From NCBI GenBank assembly GCA_027925325.1, contig AP027133.1, positions 570,001-602,000 on the forward strand: a stretch of 32,000 bases of DNA, given 5' to 3'. Positions 10,441 to 20,090 of this stretch are shown piece after piece. A program made the translations under genes and the position numbers. Origin of the DNA: Candidatus Saccharimonadota bacterium. Its GTDB lineage: Bacteria > Bacillota_I > Bacilli_A > Mycoplasmatales > Hepatoplasmataceae. The stretch's first letter is position 1; every line of letters starts with the position of its first letter. Under the pieces are notes generated by a model. The model was not told where the DNA came from, made no database searches, and saw nothing but the letters and a program-made list of their open reading frames with translations.

Positions 10441-13400
10441 CTATAAATTAATAGTATTTTTAATAATTTTTTCAATATTATTTAATTCCATTTTTTGATT
10501 ATTAAATCAATTTGAAATTCAAATACGATAAAAATTATAACCTCTTTCTTTTAAAAAGTCTTGCTTTGAAATATCTCTCTCTCTTACAGATTTATAAGAA
10601 TTTTTAATCGCCTGATCAGATTCTATCAAAAGAATTATTTTATGATTTTCATCATAAAATAAAAAATCTGCTTTATATCCATAAGTTTTATCTCTATTTA
10701 TTACATATAAATTATATCTTTTTGCTATCTTTATAAGTTCTTGATATAAATCTTTTTCAAATTTAGAATTAAAATTTTTAATACTAAATTGATTTTGATT
10801 GATTATTTTTTTATTATTATATGACTTAATACAATGTTTTAAAAATCTATAAAGAATATAAATTCCACTTTCTAAATTATCTTTATGTGCTTGATTACGA
10901 ATAAAAAAATTCTCAAAATCATTTTGTCTAATTGACGTAATTACATACATTTTTAATTTTGCTCTTGTAACCGCAACATTAATTCTATTTACTCCGCCAA
11001 ATTTATTAATTGGACCAAAATTAAAAGATATTTTTCCTTCTTCATTTCTTCCATACAAAGTTGAAAAAATAATTATATCCCTTTCGTCCCCCTGAACATT
11101 TTCAATATTTTTAACAAAAAGATTGACATCATCACTATTAATTCAATTAGAAAAATTAAAATCATTATAACTTATACTTGCTAATTTCTCTGAAAGATAT
11201 TTTTCTTGTTTTGAGTTCATTGTAATAATTCCAATAGATTTTTTATTTAAATTTAAATTATTTTTAATTTGATATAAAATTTCTATAATTTTATCGATCT
11301 CGTTATGATTAAGTCCATTTTTATAAATTGAATCTTTTAATTCAAAATATTCTATCGGTTGAAAATTTTTATTTTTTCCATTTTTACTAATAAATATAAG
11401 ATTATCATTATAAAAAATATTATTTGAATATTCAATTAATTCCTTAAAATCAGAACGATAATGATATTTAAGCATAATATGTGGAAATTTAGTTTTTGCA
11501 TAATTTAACAATGACAATTTATCATCAATTAAATTTTTCTCCTCAAATTTTTCAAATTCTTGATCAATATTTCTTGATACAAAAAAATTGGTTGGAGCTA
11601 ATTGCTTTTCATCTCCTAAAATTACAACTTTTTTAGATCTTTCAATCGCAGGTAAACTTCTTTCAATAAACATCTGTGAAGCTTCATCAAAAATAACAAG
11701 ATCAAACTTATCCTTAAGATCAAAAATACTTGAAATTGTCTCAGGATTTAATAATCAAATTTTATATAAATTCTTAAAGGTATCTTTTTCAGTTTTTAAA
11801 AACATTTTGATACCTCATTTTTTTTTCGGATCAAAAACTATTCTTTTAAATTGGGGCGATGAATTTTCAAAATTTATTAAAAATTGCTTTGCTAAATAAT
11901 ACTTTGTTATTTCCGAGAATTTTTTAATTTTTGTTTGTCTTAAATTTATAAATTTATCATAATTATTTTTTCAATCAAATATTTGATCTCTTAATTTAAA
12001 TATATATTTATATTTATTAAGTCTTTCTCGAAAAATTTTAAATTCTATTATTTGCAAAAGTTTATCAAATTTTATTTTCTGACTTTTTATATAGTTAATA
12101 AAATCTTTTAGAAATGAAAATTCTTCTTCAGAAAAATTTTTTATTATTTGAAATTTGTTAAATTTCAAAGTTACATTTTGCTCTTCTTTTTTATATTTTG
12201 TAATTAATTTTTCCTGATTTTTTAAATTATCAAAAAAAATCTTATTATATAAATCTTCTATTTTAGTTTTAGTTTGATGATAATTTTTTAAATTTAAAAG
12301 ACAATTTTGCAAAAATGTAATCATTTCTGTCATATCTTGATTTACTTGTAAATCTCTTTTTAAACCGGCGAATTTTCGATCATATTTTCTTTTGCTATTT
12401 AAAAATTTTTTCTTTAAAAGGAAAAAATTGTTTTTTAAATTTAAATATTTTTCTTCAATATTTTCCTTTTTCAAATAATTTGAAAATATATTAAAAACAA
12501 AATTATTTTTAATTACCAAATTAATATAATCAACTAAAAATGGTGTAAAAACTGAAAGATATATTAAATCATCACAAATCTTAAATAATTGTTCAAATCG
12601 ATCAATTGGATAATCAATTAGAAATGAGCTTAAACGATCATTTCTAAGATATTCATAAATATCTTTATATTTTTTTTCATTTCAATTTTGTAATAAATCT
12701 TTTCATAATAAAGATATCGTCTTTTTTTCTTTTTTTAATTCTTCTTTTTTTCCATTAATCAAAAAATTAAAATAATCAGAAATATCACCATCGTTTTTTT
12801 TAATAAAATCCAAACCATAAATATTAGCTATTTCATCTCTTAATTTGATCATTTGTTCAATTTTCGATAATAAATTATTTTCAAATAATTCTTTTATTTT
12901 ATTTAAAAAAATAGAAAAATTATTATTTTTATTTCCTTCATTTAAAATAAAAGAGTTGATTTTTTCATCATAAATACTCTCTTTTAAAAATTCATTAAAA
13001 TTTTTAAATTTAAAATAAAACTCCTCAATTAATTCATATATTTTTTTATTTTCAAAAAATTCAATATCTTTATAAAAATCAATTGAATCCATATTTTTTA
13101 AATACTCTACAATTTGATCTGATAAATTGTCAATCTTATTAATTTCTTCTTGAAATTTTTTATCATTAATAAATTCAAATTTTTCTGTTTCTAATATTTT
13201 TTTTGCCGCTTCATAAGATTGATTTATCTGTTGATAAAAATCACCTTTATTATTCATATCTGTAAGATAAAACGCAAATTTATTTAAATTATTCAATCTT
13301 TGATAAATAACATCAAGCGCAGCTCTTTTTTCTGAAACTAAAGCAATTTTTTTATTTTTTAAAATAGCATCATAGATGATTGATAAAATTGTTTGTGATT

Positions 13401-14505
13401 TTCCTGTTCCAGGAGGTCCTCAAATAACTAAATTATTAGTCTTATTTTCATTTATTTTTTTTAAAGCAAAAAACTGTTGATTATTTAAATTATCAATATA
13501 AAATAATCCTTTTTCATCAAGATTATATGCATTTTTTTCAATATGATTATCAAACAAAAATTGAGAATTTTTTTGTGAATTTTTTTTATTTACTAAACTA
13601 TATCTTTCTAGTTGTTTTGTAAAATATCCTTTTTCTAAAATTAAATTTAGATCTCTTTTTACAGCATTATCATACTTATCAAAAAAACCGATTGTAAAAC
13701 TTTTTTCTATCTTAAAAAGAAAATTAAATTTTTCAATGTTACTATAATCTTTAAATTGATCTAAATTATCAGAATAAGATTCAAGATAGGTAATAATTTC
13801 TTTTTTATTTCTTTTAAAATTAACAAATAAATTTTTAATATTTGATAAAAATGATTTTTCATAATCAAAATAATAATCTTTATTTTTTAAAAAATTTTCA
13901 ATTATAAAATTGTTAACTATAACATCTCTTGTATTATCATAATACATTCTTACTTTATGTAAATTATTATCAAATATTAAAATTATCGGAACAAAAAAAA
14001 TTGGTGATCTAATAGGAATTGTCTTATTTATATTTGTAAAATTTGTAAGAAAATAATAAGGGACAAAATAAAAGGTTTGATAACCGATTTCATTTTTAAT
14101 TTTTTGATTTTCTTTTTCAATATTATTAAAAATTAAAAAATTTTTTTCTTGATCTGTTTTTTTACTAGAAATTTTTTTTCTAATTTTTCTACAATATATT
14201 TTTTCTTTATTTTTTATATAAAATAAATTAAAATTTTTAATAAAATTTTCCTTATTTTCAATAATATTCAATTTTAAATCAACTTTTAAATTCTTAATAT
14301 CTTTTTTTAAAAAGCTATTTAATTTTAATAATGATTCTTCTTGTAAATTGGAAATTGAAAAATTATAATTAGTACTTTTCGATGTTCAAATATTGCGATT
14401 TCTCTTATTTAAATTTGTTAGCTTTTTTTGAAAATTTTCTAATTCCTGTTTAAATTTTTCTGATATCTTTATTTTTTGCAAATTATTTTCTTCTTTATGC
14501 TTCAT
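10441..14505 (-). CDS. DUF4011-like N-terminal domain + Upf1/DNA2-type SF1 helicase (AAA_11/AAA_12-like) + C-terminal Vsr/DUF559-like endonuclease domain, 1354 aa
   Basis: Five track ORFs (10519..11058, 11143..11673, 11971..12519, 12703..13296, 13420..14271) share one frame. I walked the junctions I could not infer from the track, and found only TGA (10 in total). ATG at 14503-14505 is preceded by AGGAGA; stop is TAG at 10441-10443. Motifs: LTNLNKRNRNIW (DUF4011-like), GPPGTGKSQT, DLVIFDEASQM, VILGDEKQLAPT, YHYRS, VQGDERDIIIFS, RINVAVTRAK. Nuclease tail: YKADFLFYD...LLIESDQ...ERDISKQDFLKERGYNFYRIWISNWF. Confidence 0.9.
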
Positions 14506-14619
14506 TTCTTATCTCCTAAATTTTCAAAAAAATGAATAAGTAAAATTATTATATATTTTTATAAAAATATAAAATTAAGATATTTTTTAAATATTTAATT
14601 AAAATATAATTAATTTAGA

Positions 14620-15348
14620 ATGACTAATGAAGAATTAATTTTTATTAAAAACAATAATTATGATTATTATTTAAGAATAATAACAAAAATAGAAGATGAG
14701 TATCAAAAAAGTAAAAAAATAAAACTAGCAAATATTTTTTCTGCTTTTTTTTATTATCTTGGTTATTTAATTTTGATTACTTTATTTCAAAACGCCGCTG
14801 CTTTAAGTTTTGCAAAAAAAGGACAATTTAGAAAAGCTGCTTTATATGCATTGCTTGGTTTAAATATTTTTTTCTTTTTATATTTAGGAGAAAGTAAAAA
14901 ATGAAAAAAACATTATAATCAAAAAATTAAAAAAATAAATTTAACTCAAGAAATTCAAGAAAAAATTAAAAATCAAGAATTTTTAAAAGGCTTAACAGAA
15001 GATAAATTAGAATTAATTAAAAAAGAAAAATTATTTAATACAAATCCTCCTAAAGATAAAATCAAATTAGGCTTAGTTTATGGCTCAAGTGTAAGAGCTA
15101 AAAATTTATTTAAAGATATTGGGGCAAATATTGTAAATGTAAGTGGAGGAAAAATGCAAAGTTATTTTTATCTTTTAAATGATGCAAGAGAAGATGCGAT
15201 CGAACAGATGATTAAAAATGCAATATTAACCTACGGTGAATTAGATAATAAAGAAATTCATAATATAAGATTATCAACATCACAAATTGCAAATGGTGCA
15301 AGTGAAATTTTAGTATATGGAACGGTTGTTAAAAATAAAAATTCTTAA
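14620..15348 (+). CDS. membrane-anchored YbjQ/DUF74 (UPF0145) family protein, 242 aa
   Basis: ORFs 14620..14904 and 15154..15348 are in the same frame, joined by TGA at 14902-14904; the linker was checked codon by codon. Two hydrophobic segments (IFSAFFYYLGYLILITLF, AALYALLGLNIFFFLYLG). C-terminal YbjQ-like GLVYGSSVRAKNLFKDIGANIVNVSGGK...AREDAIEQM...ILVYGTVV. Confidence 0.75.
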
Positions 15349-17096
15349 TTTATTAAAATTACAGCAAATTTTTTATTCTCAGTTTCCATTTTACTTACAA
15401 GTTCTTTGATTTGCTTTTCCTCTAAATAATCATCATGTCTTATTTGTTCAAAATTTCTTAAACCCATTTCCCCAATCATTTGATAAAGGGATGCAAGTGA
15501 ATTTATTGCTCTCAATTCAAAATGAATTTCATAAATTTTATTAGGAAGAAAATCTCGATCACTATTATAATAAAGAATCTTTTTTGGTTGTTTAAAAATA
15601 TTTTGTTCAAATTCTTGTTTTAAATAATTTTCAATTGCAAAAATCATCTCTAATAATTTTAGAGTATCAATTTTTTCTATATCATCTTTAATACTATGCA
15701 ATCCTTTTTCTAAAGATAATATTTTTGTGCTTCCAATTTGATCTCTTTCAAAAATATTTATTTTAAATTGACTATCATATAGAAAAGGTGAATGTGTTGC
15801 AAATATAATGTATATACTCTTAAATAATTCCTTATTTTTTGCAATTAAATTTTTTAAATATTTTTTTAATTCAATTTGTAAAGGAATTGATAAATTATTT
15901 TCCGGTTCATCAACCATAATAATTTTAATTTGATCATTAGAATTATCATGAATAATAGAATTTAAAGTAATAATAAAATCTAAAAAGACCTTTGCTCCAT
16001 TACTATTATTTTTACTTTCGTTACTTCCTATTAATCAATCACCTTTAGAATTAAATTGTAATTTTATTTGATTATTTGTAATATTTATTTTAATTTCAAA
16101 ATCAATGAATTCAAAATTTTGTAAAACCTTTTTTAAATTATTTCGAATCTTTTCTTCAATTTTTGATTTTTCTTCATTTTTTTCATTTCCATTAGGCATT
16201 TCATAATAAAATTTTAATTGTTCTTTTTCAGGATATAAAAAATTTAAAATATCATTAATTCTTGCCTTTTCCGAAAAAGCTTCACCTGTATTTATTCTTT
16301 CAAACAAATAATTTAAATCAAAATTATATTCAAGATCATTAATTCTTGAATTATTTTTAAGATAAACAATTTCAGGTTTCTTGATCAAAATTTTTTCAAT
16401 ATTTAAAAAAACTCTAAAAATAAATTCAGTTTTTAAATAAATTTTAGTGTTATCTATATTTAAATAAGCAATCTCAGAAGTTAATTCAAATCTTCCTTTG
16501 CTTTTTGCATATGAAATTACTCTTTTAATCTTATTAAATATTTTTTCTAATAATTTTTGTGTTTTTAGACCAACATTGTAATCTCTAAATTCCTGATAAA
16601 AATTTTTATAGAAATCTTCATTATTAGGATTTTTAAGATATTCAAAAATAATTTTTTTATAAATTGAATTATTATCAAGTGCATGTAAATAATTATTATT
16701 AGAATCTACTCCTACTTTTCTTCCTTCATTTCGAAAAATATTCATATATTTATCTTTTAAACTCTTTGGAAATAAATAATTTAAACTATTTTCTAATATT
16801 TTTAATTCTTTTTCCGAAAAATTATAATTAATAAAAACTCTCGATACGATATCTTCTTCTTTTTGGATCGCAAAATTTATTTTTTCAGAACCCTTAATAT
16901 CACGTAAAAATTTAGTTCTTAAATCTAAATTATTTCTTCTTAAAAAAGTTACCGCTTCTAAAAAAGATGTTTTCCCAGAAGAATTTAAACCCAAAAGTAA
17001 ATTTATATTATTACTATATAAATCTATCTTTTGTTTTTTAAAGATTGTCTTTATCCCCTCTACTTCAAAAGAAATTTTATTTTCTTCTATATTCAT
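15345..17096 (-). CDS. AAA_15/AAA_21-type (ABC/SMC-like) ATPase, 583 aa, no recognisable nuclease module
   Basis: ORFs 16035..17096 and 15345..15917 are joined by a single TGA at 16035-16037; the gap was checked. Walker A GLNSSGKTSFLEA, signature-like SNGAKVFLDF, Walker B IIMVDEPENNLS, H-loop FATHSPFL. SD GGAGAA upstream of the ATG at 17094-17096. Stop is TAA at 15345-15347. Confidence 0.85.
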
Positions 17097-17240
17097 ATTC
17101 TTAATTCTCCATTTTAATATATTTAATTTATATTTTTTAAATTATATATAATGTTTGATATAAAATAAATTATAAATATAATAATAATTTATCTTTTTTA
17201 AAATTTTTCGATTTAGATTAAATGTAACTTTTTGCCTATT

Positions 17241-18014
17241 TTAAATTTGATAAAATTTTTTAGCATTTTTATTTGTGATATCTATTAATTTATTTAATTC
17301 AATATTTTTCATTTTAGCAAATTCTTCAAGTACATATTTTAAATAAAAAGGATAATTTTTTTTACCACGAAATGGAACAGGAGTAAGATATGGGCAATCT
17401 GTTTCGAATAATATTTTCTCAAGTGGGATAATTTTTGCATTTTCTTTTACTTGATTTGCATTTTTAAATGTAAGAATTCCGTTGACACTAATCATTAAAT
17501 TTTTTAACTTTAAAAATTGTAAAAGAATTTTCTTTTCGCCGGTAAAAGAATGTATTAAATAATTTAAATTAGGAAATTTTAAGATTATTTCATAAATATC
17601 CTCATAAGCATCTCTTCCATGAATAACAACCGGTAAATTTAATTCATCCGCTAATTTTAACTGAAAAATAAATCATTTTTTTTGAATTATTTTTTCAGTT
17701 AATTTTATATTTCTTGAGTAATCAAGTCCTATTTCTCCAATAGCTTTAATTTTTTCTTTATTTTCTATGATTGTTTTTTTTAATCATTTAGCTTTATTTT
17801 GATCTAATTCTTTTACATCATAAGGATGAATTCCAAGCACAGGAATTAATTTTTTATATTTTTTATTTAAATTTAAAATTTCTTCTATTGAATTTAAATC
17901 TGTTCCAATATTAAAAACATATTCAAGTTCATTTAAAGATTTCTCTATTATATCTTCTAAATTATCCTGATAATATGACTTAACAAGATGAGCATGTGTA
18001 TCTATTGCTTTCAT
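17241..18014 (-). CDS. tatD: TatD-family metal-dependent hydrolase/DNase, 257 aa
   Basis: IDTHAHL N-terminus, GEIGLDY, PVVIHGRDA, LLFETDCPYL. ORFs 17784..18014 and 17241..17495 share the frame; I walked 17496-17783 and it contains only TGA (17673, 17784). Confidence 0.92.
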
Positions 18015-18019
18015 TTATT

Positions 18020-19360
18020 TTATTTTCCTATACAAAAAGTACTAAACAATTGATAAATATAATCTTCATCTAATTCTTTTCCTAAAATTTTATAAAGATC
18101 TCTTAAAATTATTTCAATTTCAAATGAAATTATATCTTCTTGATAATTTTCATCGATCATTTTGATTATATTTGTTAATTTTTCATTTATATTTTTGAAA
18201 TTATTAATTTGATTATCTGTAATTAAAATTGCTTCTTCAATTGTAAATTTTGCAATTAATTTTGTTTCAATATATTTAATAATCGCCTTTTCAAGTTCTA
18301 AAATATTATTTTCTTTTGCAGAAATTTTTAATAAATTATCATTTAATTTATTTTTTTTAAGTTGATCTTTTTTGTTTAAAACAGTGATTATTTTATTAGA
18401 ATAATTACTAATAATTTCCTTAAAATTATTTAATTGTTTATTTACTGATTTCGTACCATCGATAAGTAAAATAATAATATCGGCATTTTTTAATGTATTA
18501 AATGATTTTTTAATTCCGATCTTTTCTACTTTATTACCGAATTTACGAAGTCCTGCTGTATCTTGGAATGTTATTAAATGATTTTTTAAATAAATTGATG
18601 ATTCTACAACATCTCTTGTTGTTCCTTTGTAATTTGAAACAATTGCTCTTTCTTCATTTAAAATTTTGTTTAATAAGGTTGATTTTCCGGCATTGGGTTG
18701 TCCAATTAATGCAATTTTAATTCCCTTTCCAATTTTAATTACTTTCGTTGATTCATTTATTACCTTTAAAAATTCTTTATTTAATAATTTTAATTCTTGA
18801 TTTATTTTCTTTAAATTATAAATCGGAAGATCAGTATTTTCTGGATAATCAATTGCGACTTGAATTCTTGAGATTATATCTTCCAATTTTTTTATTATTT
18901 TATTAATAAATAATCCTTGTTTATTATTTAAATTTTTTGTTGCCTGATTTGCAAGTGTGTAATCATTAGTAAGAATAAGCGTATTAATCGCCTCTGATTG
19001 TGTTAAATTAATCTTTCCATTCATAAATGCCTGTTGCATAAATTCACCAGGATTTGCTTGTGTAATATTCATTTTTGATAATTTTTCAATTATTTTATTT
19101 GCAATTACCATCGATCCATGAAAATGAATTTCACAAACATCTTCTCCTGTAAAAGAATTTGGCTTTTTAAAAAGTAAAACAAGTGTATCATCGATAAATT
19201 CTTTTGCAAAAAATAACTTATGAAAGGTAACAGAATTTGCCTTTATCTCTAGATCCTTATATAGATTTTTCGCTATGTTAAAAGTAGCAGGACCAGAAAT
19301 ACGAATAATTCCGACATTTTGATTTATTGGTTTTGTAACTAAAGAATAAATTGTTTGCAA
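18020..19360 (-). CDS. mnmE: tRNA modification GTPase MnmE (TrmE), 446 aa, TTG start
   Basis: Intact ORF. GIIRISGP, G-domain GQPNAGKSTLLN and DTAGLR, C-terminal CIGK. No upstream ATG before TAA at 19376-19378. GGAG lies 7-8 nt upstream of the TTG. Confidence 0.95.
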   Translation of the reverse strand: MQTIYSLVTKPINQNVGIIRISGPATFNIAKNLYKDLEIKANSVTFHKLFFAKEFIDDTLVLLFKKPNSFTGEDVCEIHFHGSMVIANKIIEKLSKMNITQANPGEFMQQAFMNGKINLTQSEAINTLILTNDYTLANQATKNLNNKQGLFINKIIKKLEDIISRIQVAIDYPENTDLPIYNLKKINQELKLLNKEFLKVINESTKVIKIGKGIKIALIGQPNAGKSTLLNKILNEERAIVSNYKGTTRDVVESSIYLKNHLITFQDTAGLRKFGNKVEKIGIKKSFNTLKNADIIILLIDGTKSVNKQLNNFKEIISNYSNKIITVLNKKDQLKKNKLNDNLLKISAKENNILELEKAIIKYIETKLIAKFTIEEAILITDNQINNFKNINEKLTNIIKMIDENYQEDIISFEIEIILRDLYKILGKELDEDYIYQLFSTFCIGK

Positions 19361-19404
19361 ATAAAACTCCGAATATTATTTTATTAAATTTAAAATATTA
19401 AATC

Positions 19405-19665
19405 TTAATTTTTAATACAGGAAATAATCGTTCAAGTATCAGGTCATCAATCAGTTCCGATAAGCGTATCACAAAAAGCAATAAAGAGAAATGCAATTAA
19501 GATAAATAACAAAATATATTTTACTAAAAAATAAATTCCCTTAAAAAAATAATTAATAAAAAAATTAACAATGATTACAATGATTACTATCAGAAAAATC
19601 AATATTATTATTCAGAAGAGCATGATTCAATATCATGCTCAATCACTATAAAAATTATTAACCAT
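19405..19665 (-). CDS. small Trp-rich two-TM membrane protein, paralog A (86 aa)
   Basis: Hand translation with table 4: MVNNFYSDWAWYWIMLFW...LFIAFCDTLIGTDWWPDTWTIISCIKN. All 7 Trp are TGA, so it is invisible in the standard-code track. Weak SD; the start is uncertain. Confidence 0.55.
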
Positions 19666-19735
19666 AAAATTTCTTAATTCTTTAATAAAGTTAATTATTT
19701 ATTTTATTAATTTAATTGCCATTTATTCAATCGAC

Positions 19736-20032
19736 TAAATTTCAACTTGATGGTCATCAATCTGTTCCAATAAACGTATCACAAAAAGCAATAAATAGAA
19801 AAACAGAAAGAGCAACACCAACAATCGGACCGATAATTTTAAAAATTAAAGCAAGTGAAAATTTAAAAATAAATTTTAATAATATAAATATAAAAATAAA
19901 AGCAAGAATTGCAATTAGTAATCAGAAAATGAAAGTTCAATATCATTCTCAATCGCTATAAAATGCACCAACTGAATTACCCAAACTTGCCCCTAATTGT
20001 CCAAAATCATTATACACAGATTTTAATTTCAT
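19736..20032 (-). CDS. small Trp-rich two-TM membrane protein, paralog B (98 aa)
   Basis: ATG at 20030-20032 preceded by AGGAAAGAG. MKLKSVYNDFGQLGASLGNSVGAFYSDWEWYWTFIFW...LFIAFCDTFIGTDWWPSSWN. 7 TGA-Trp. TAG stop at 19736-19738. Shares the FYSDWxWYW and FIAFCDTxIGTDWWP blocks with paralog A. Confidence 0.65.
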
Positions 20033-20064
20033 ACTCTTTCCTTTAATTTTTTTATACTATCAAT

Positions 20065-20073
20065 ATTATAACA
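20065..20073 (-). promoter_or_regulatory. candidate extended -10 (TGTTATAAT) for small membrane protein gene B
   Basis: The reverse complement of 20065-20073 reads TGTTATAAT, about 32 nt upstream of the ATG at 20032 in the 58 nt intergenic spacer. Chance matches are common in AT-rich DNA. Confidence 0.35.
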
Positions 20074-20090
20074 ATGATATTATAACTAAA

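Noticed and set aside
10441-17096. Calling the ATPase + helicase as a Gabija (GajA/GajB) system
   Set aside because: The ATPase shows no Toprim-like motif after the H-loop. The helicase is Upf1/DNA2-type with DUF4011-like and endonuclease domains rather than a ~500 aa UvrD-like GajB. The two genes are separated by an oppositely oriented gene and sit in different transcription units.
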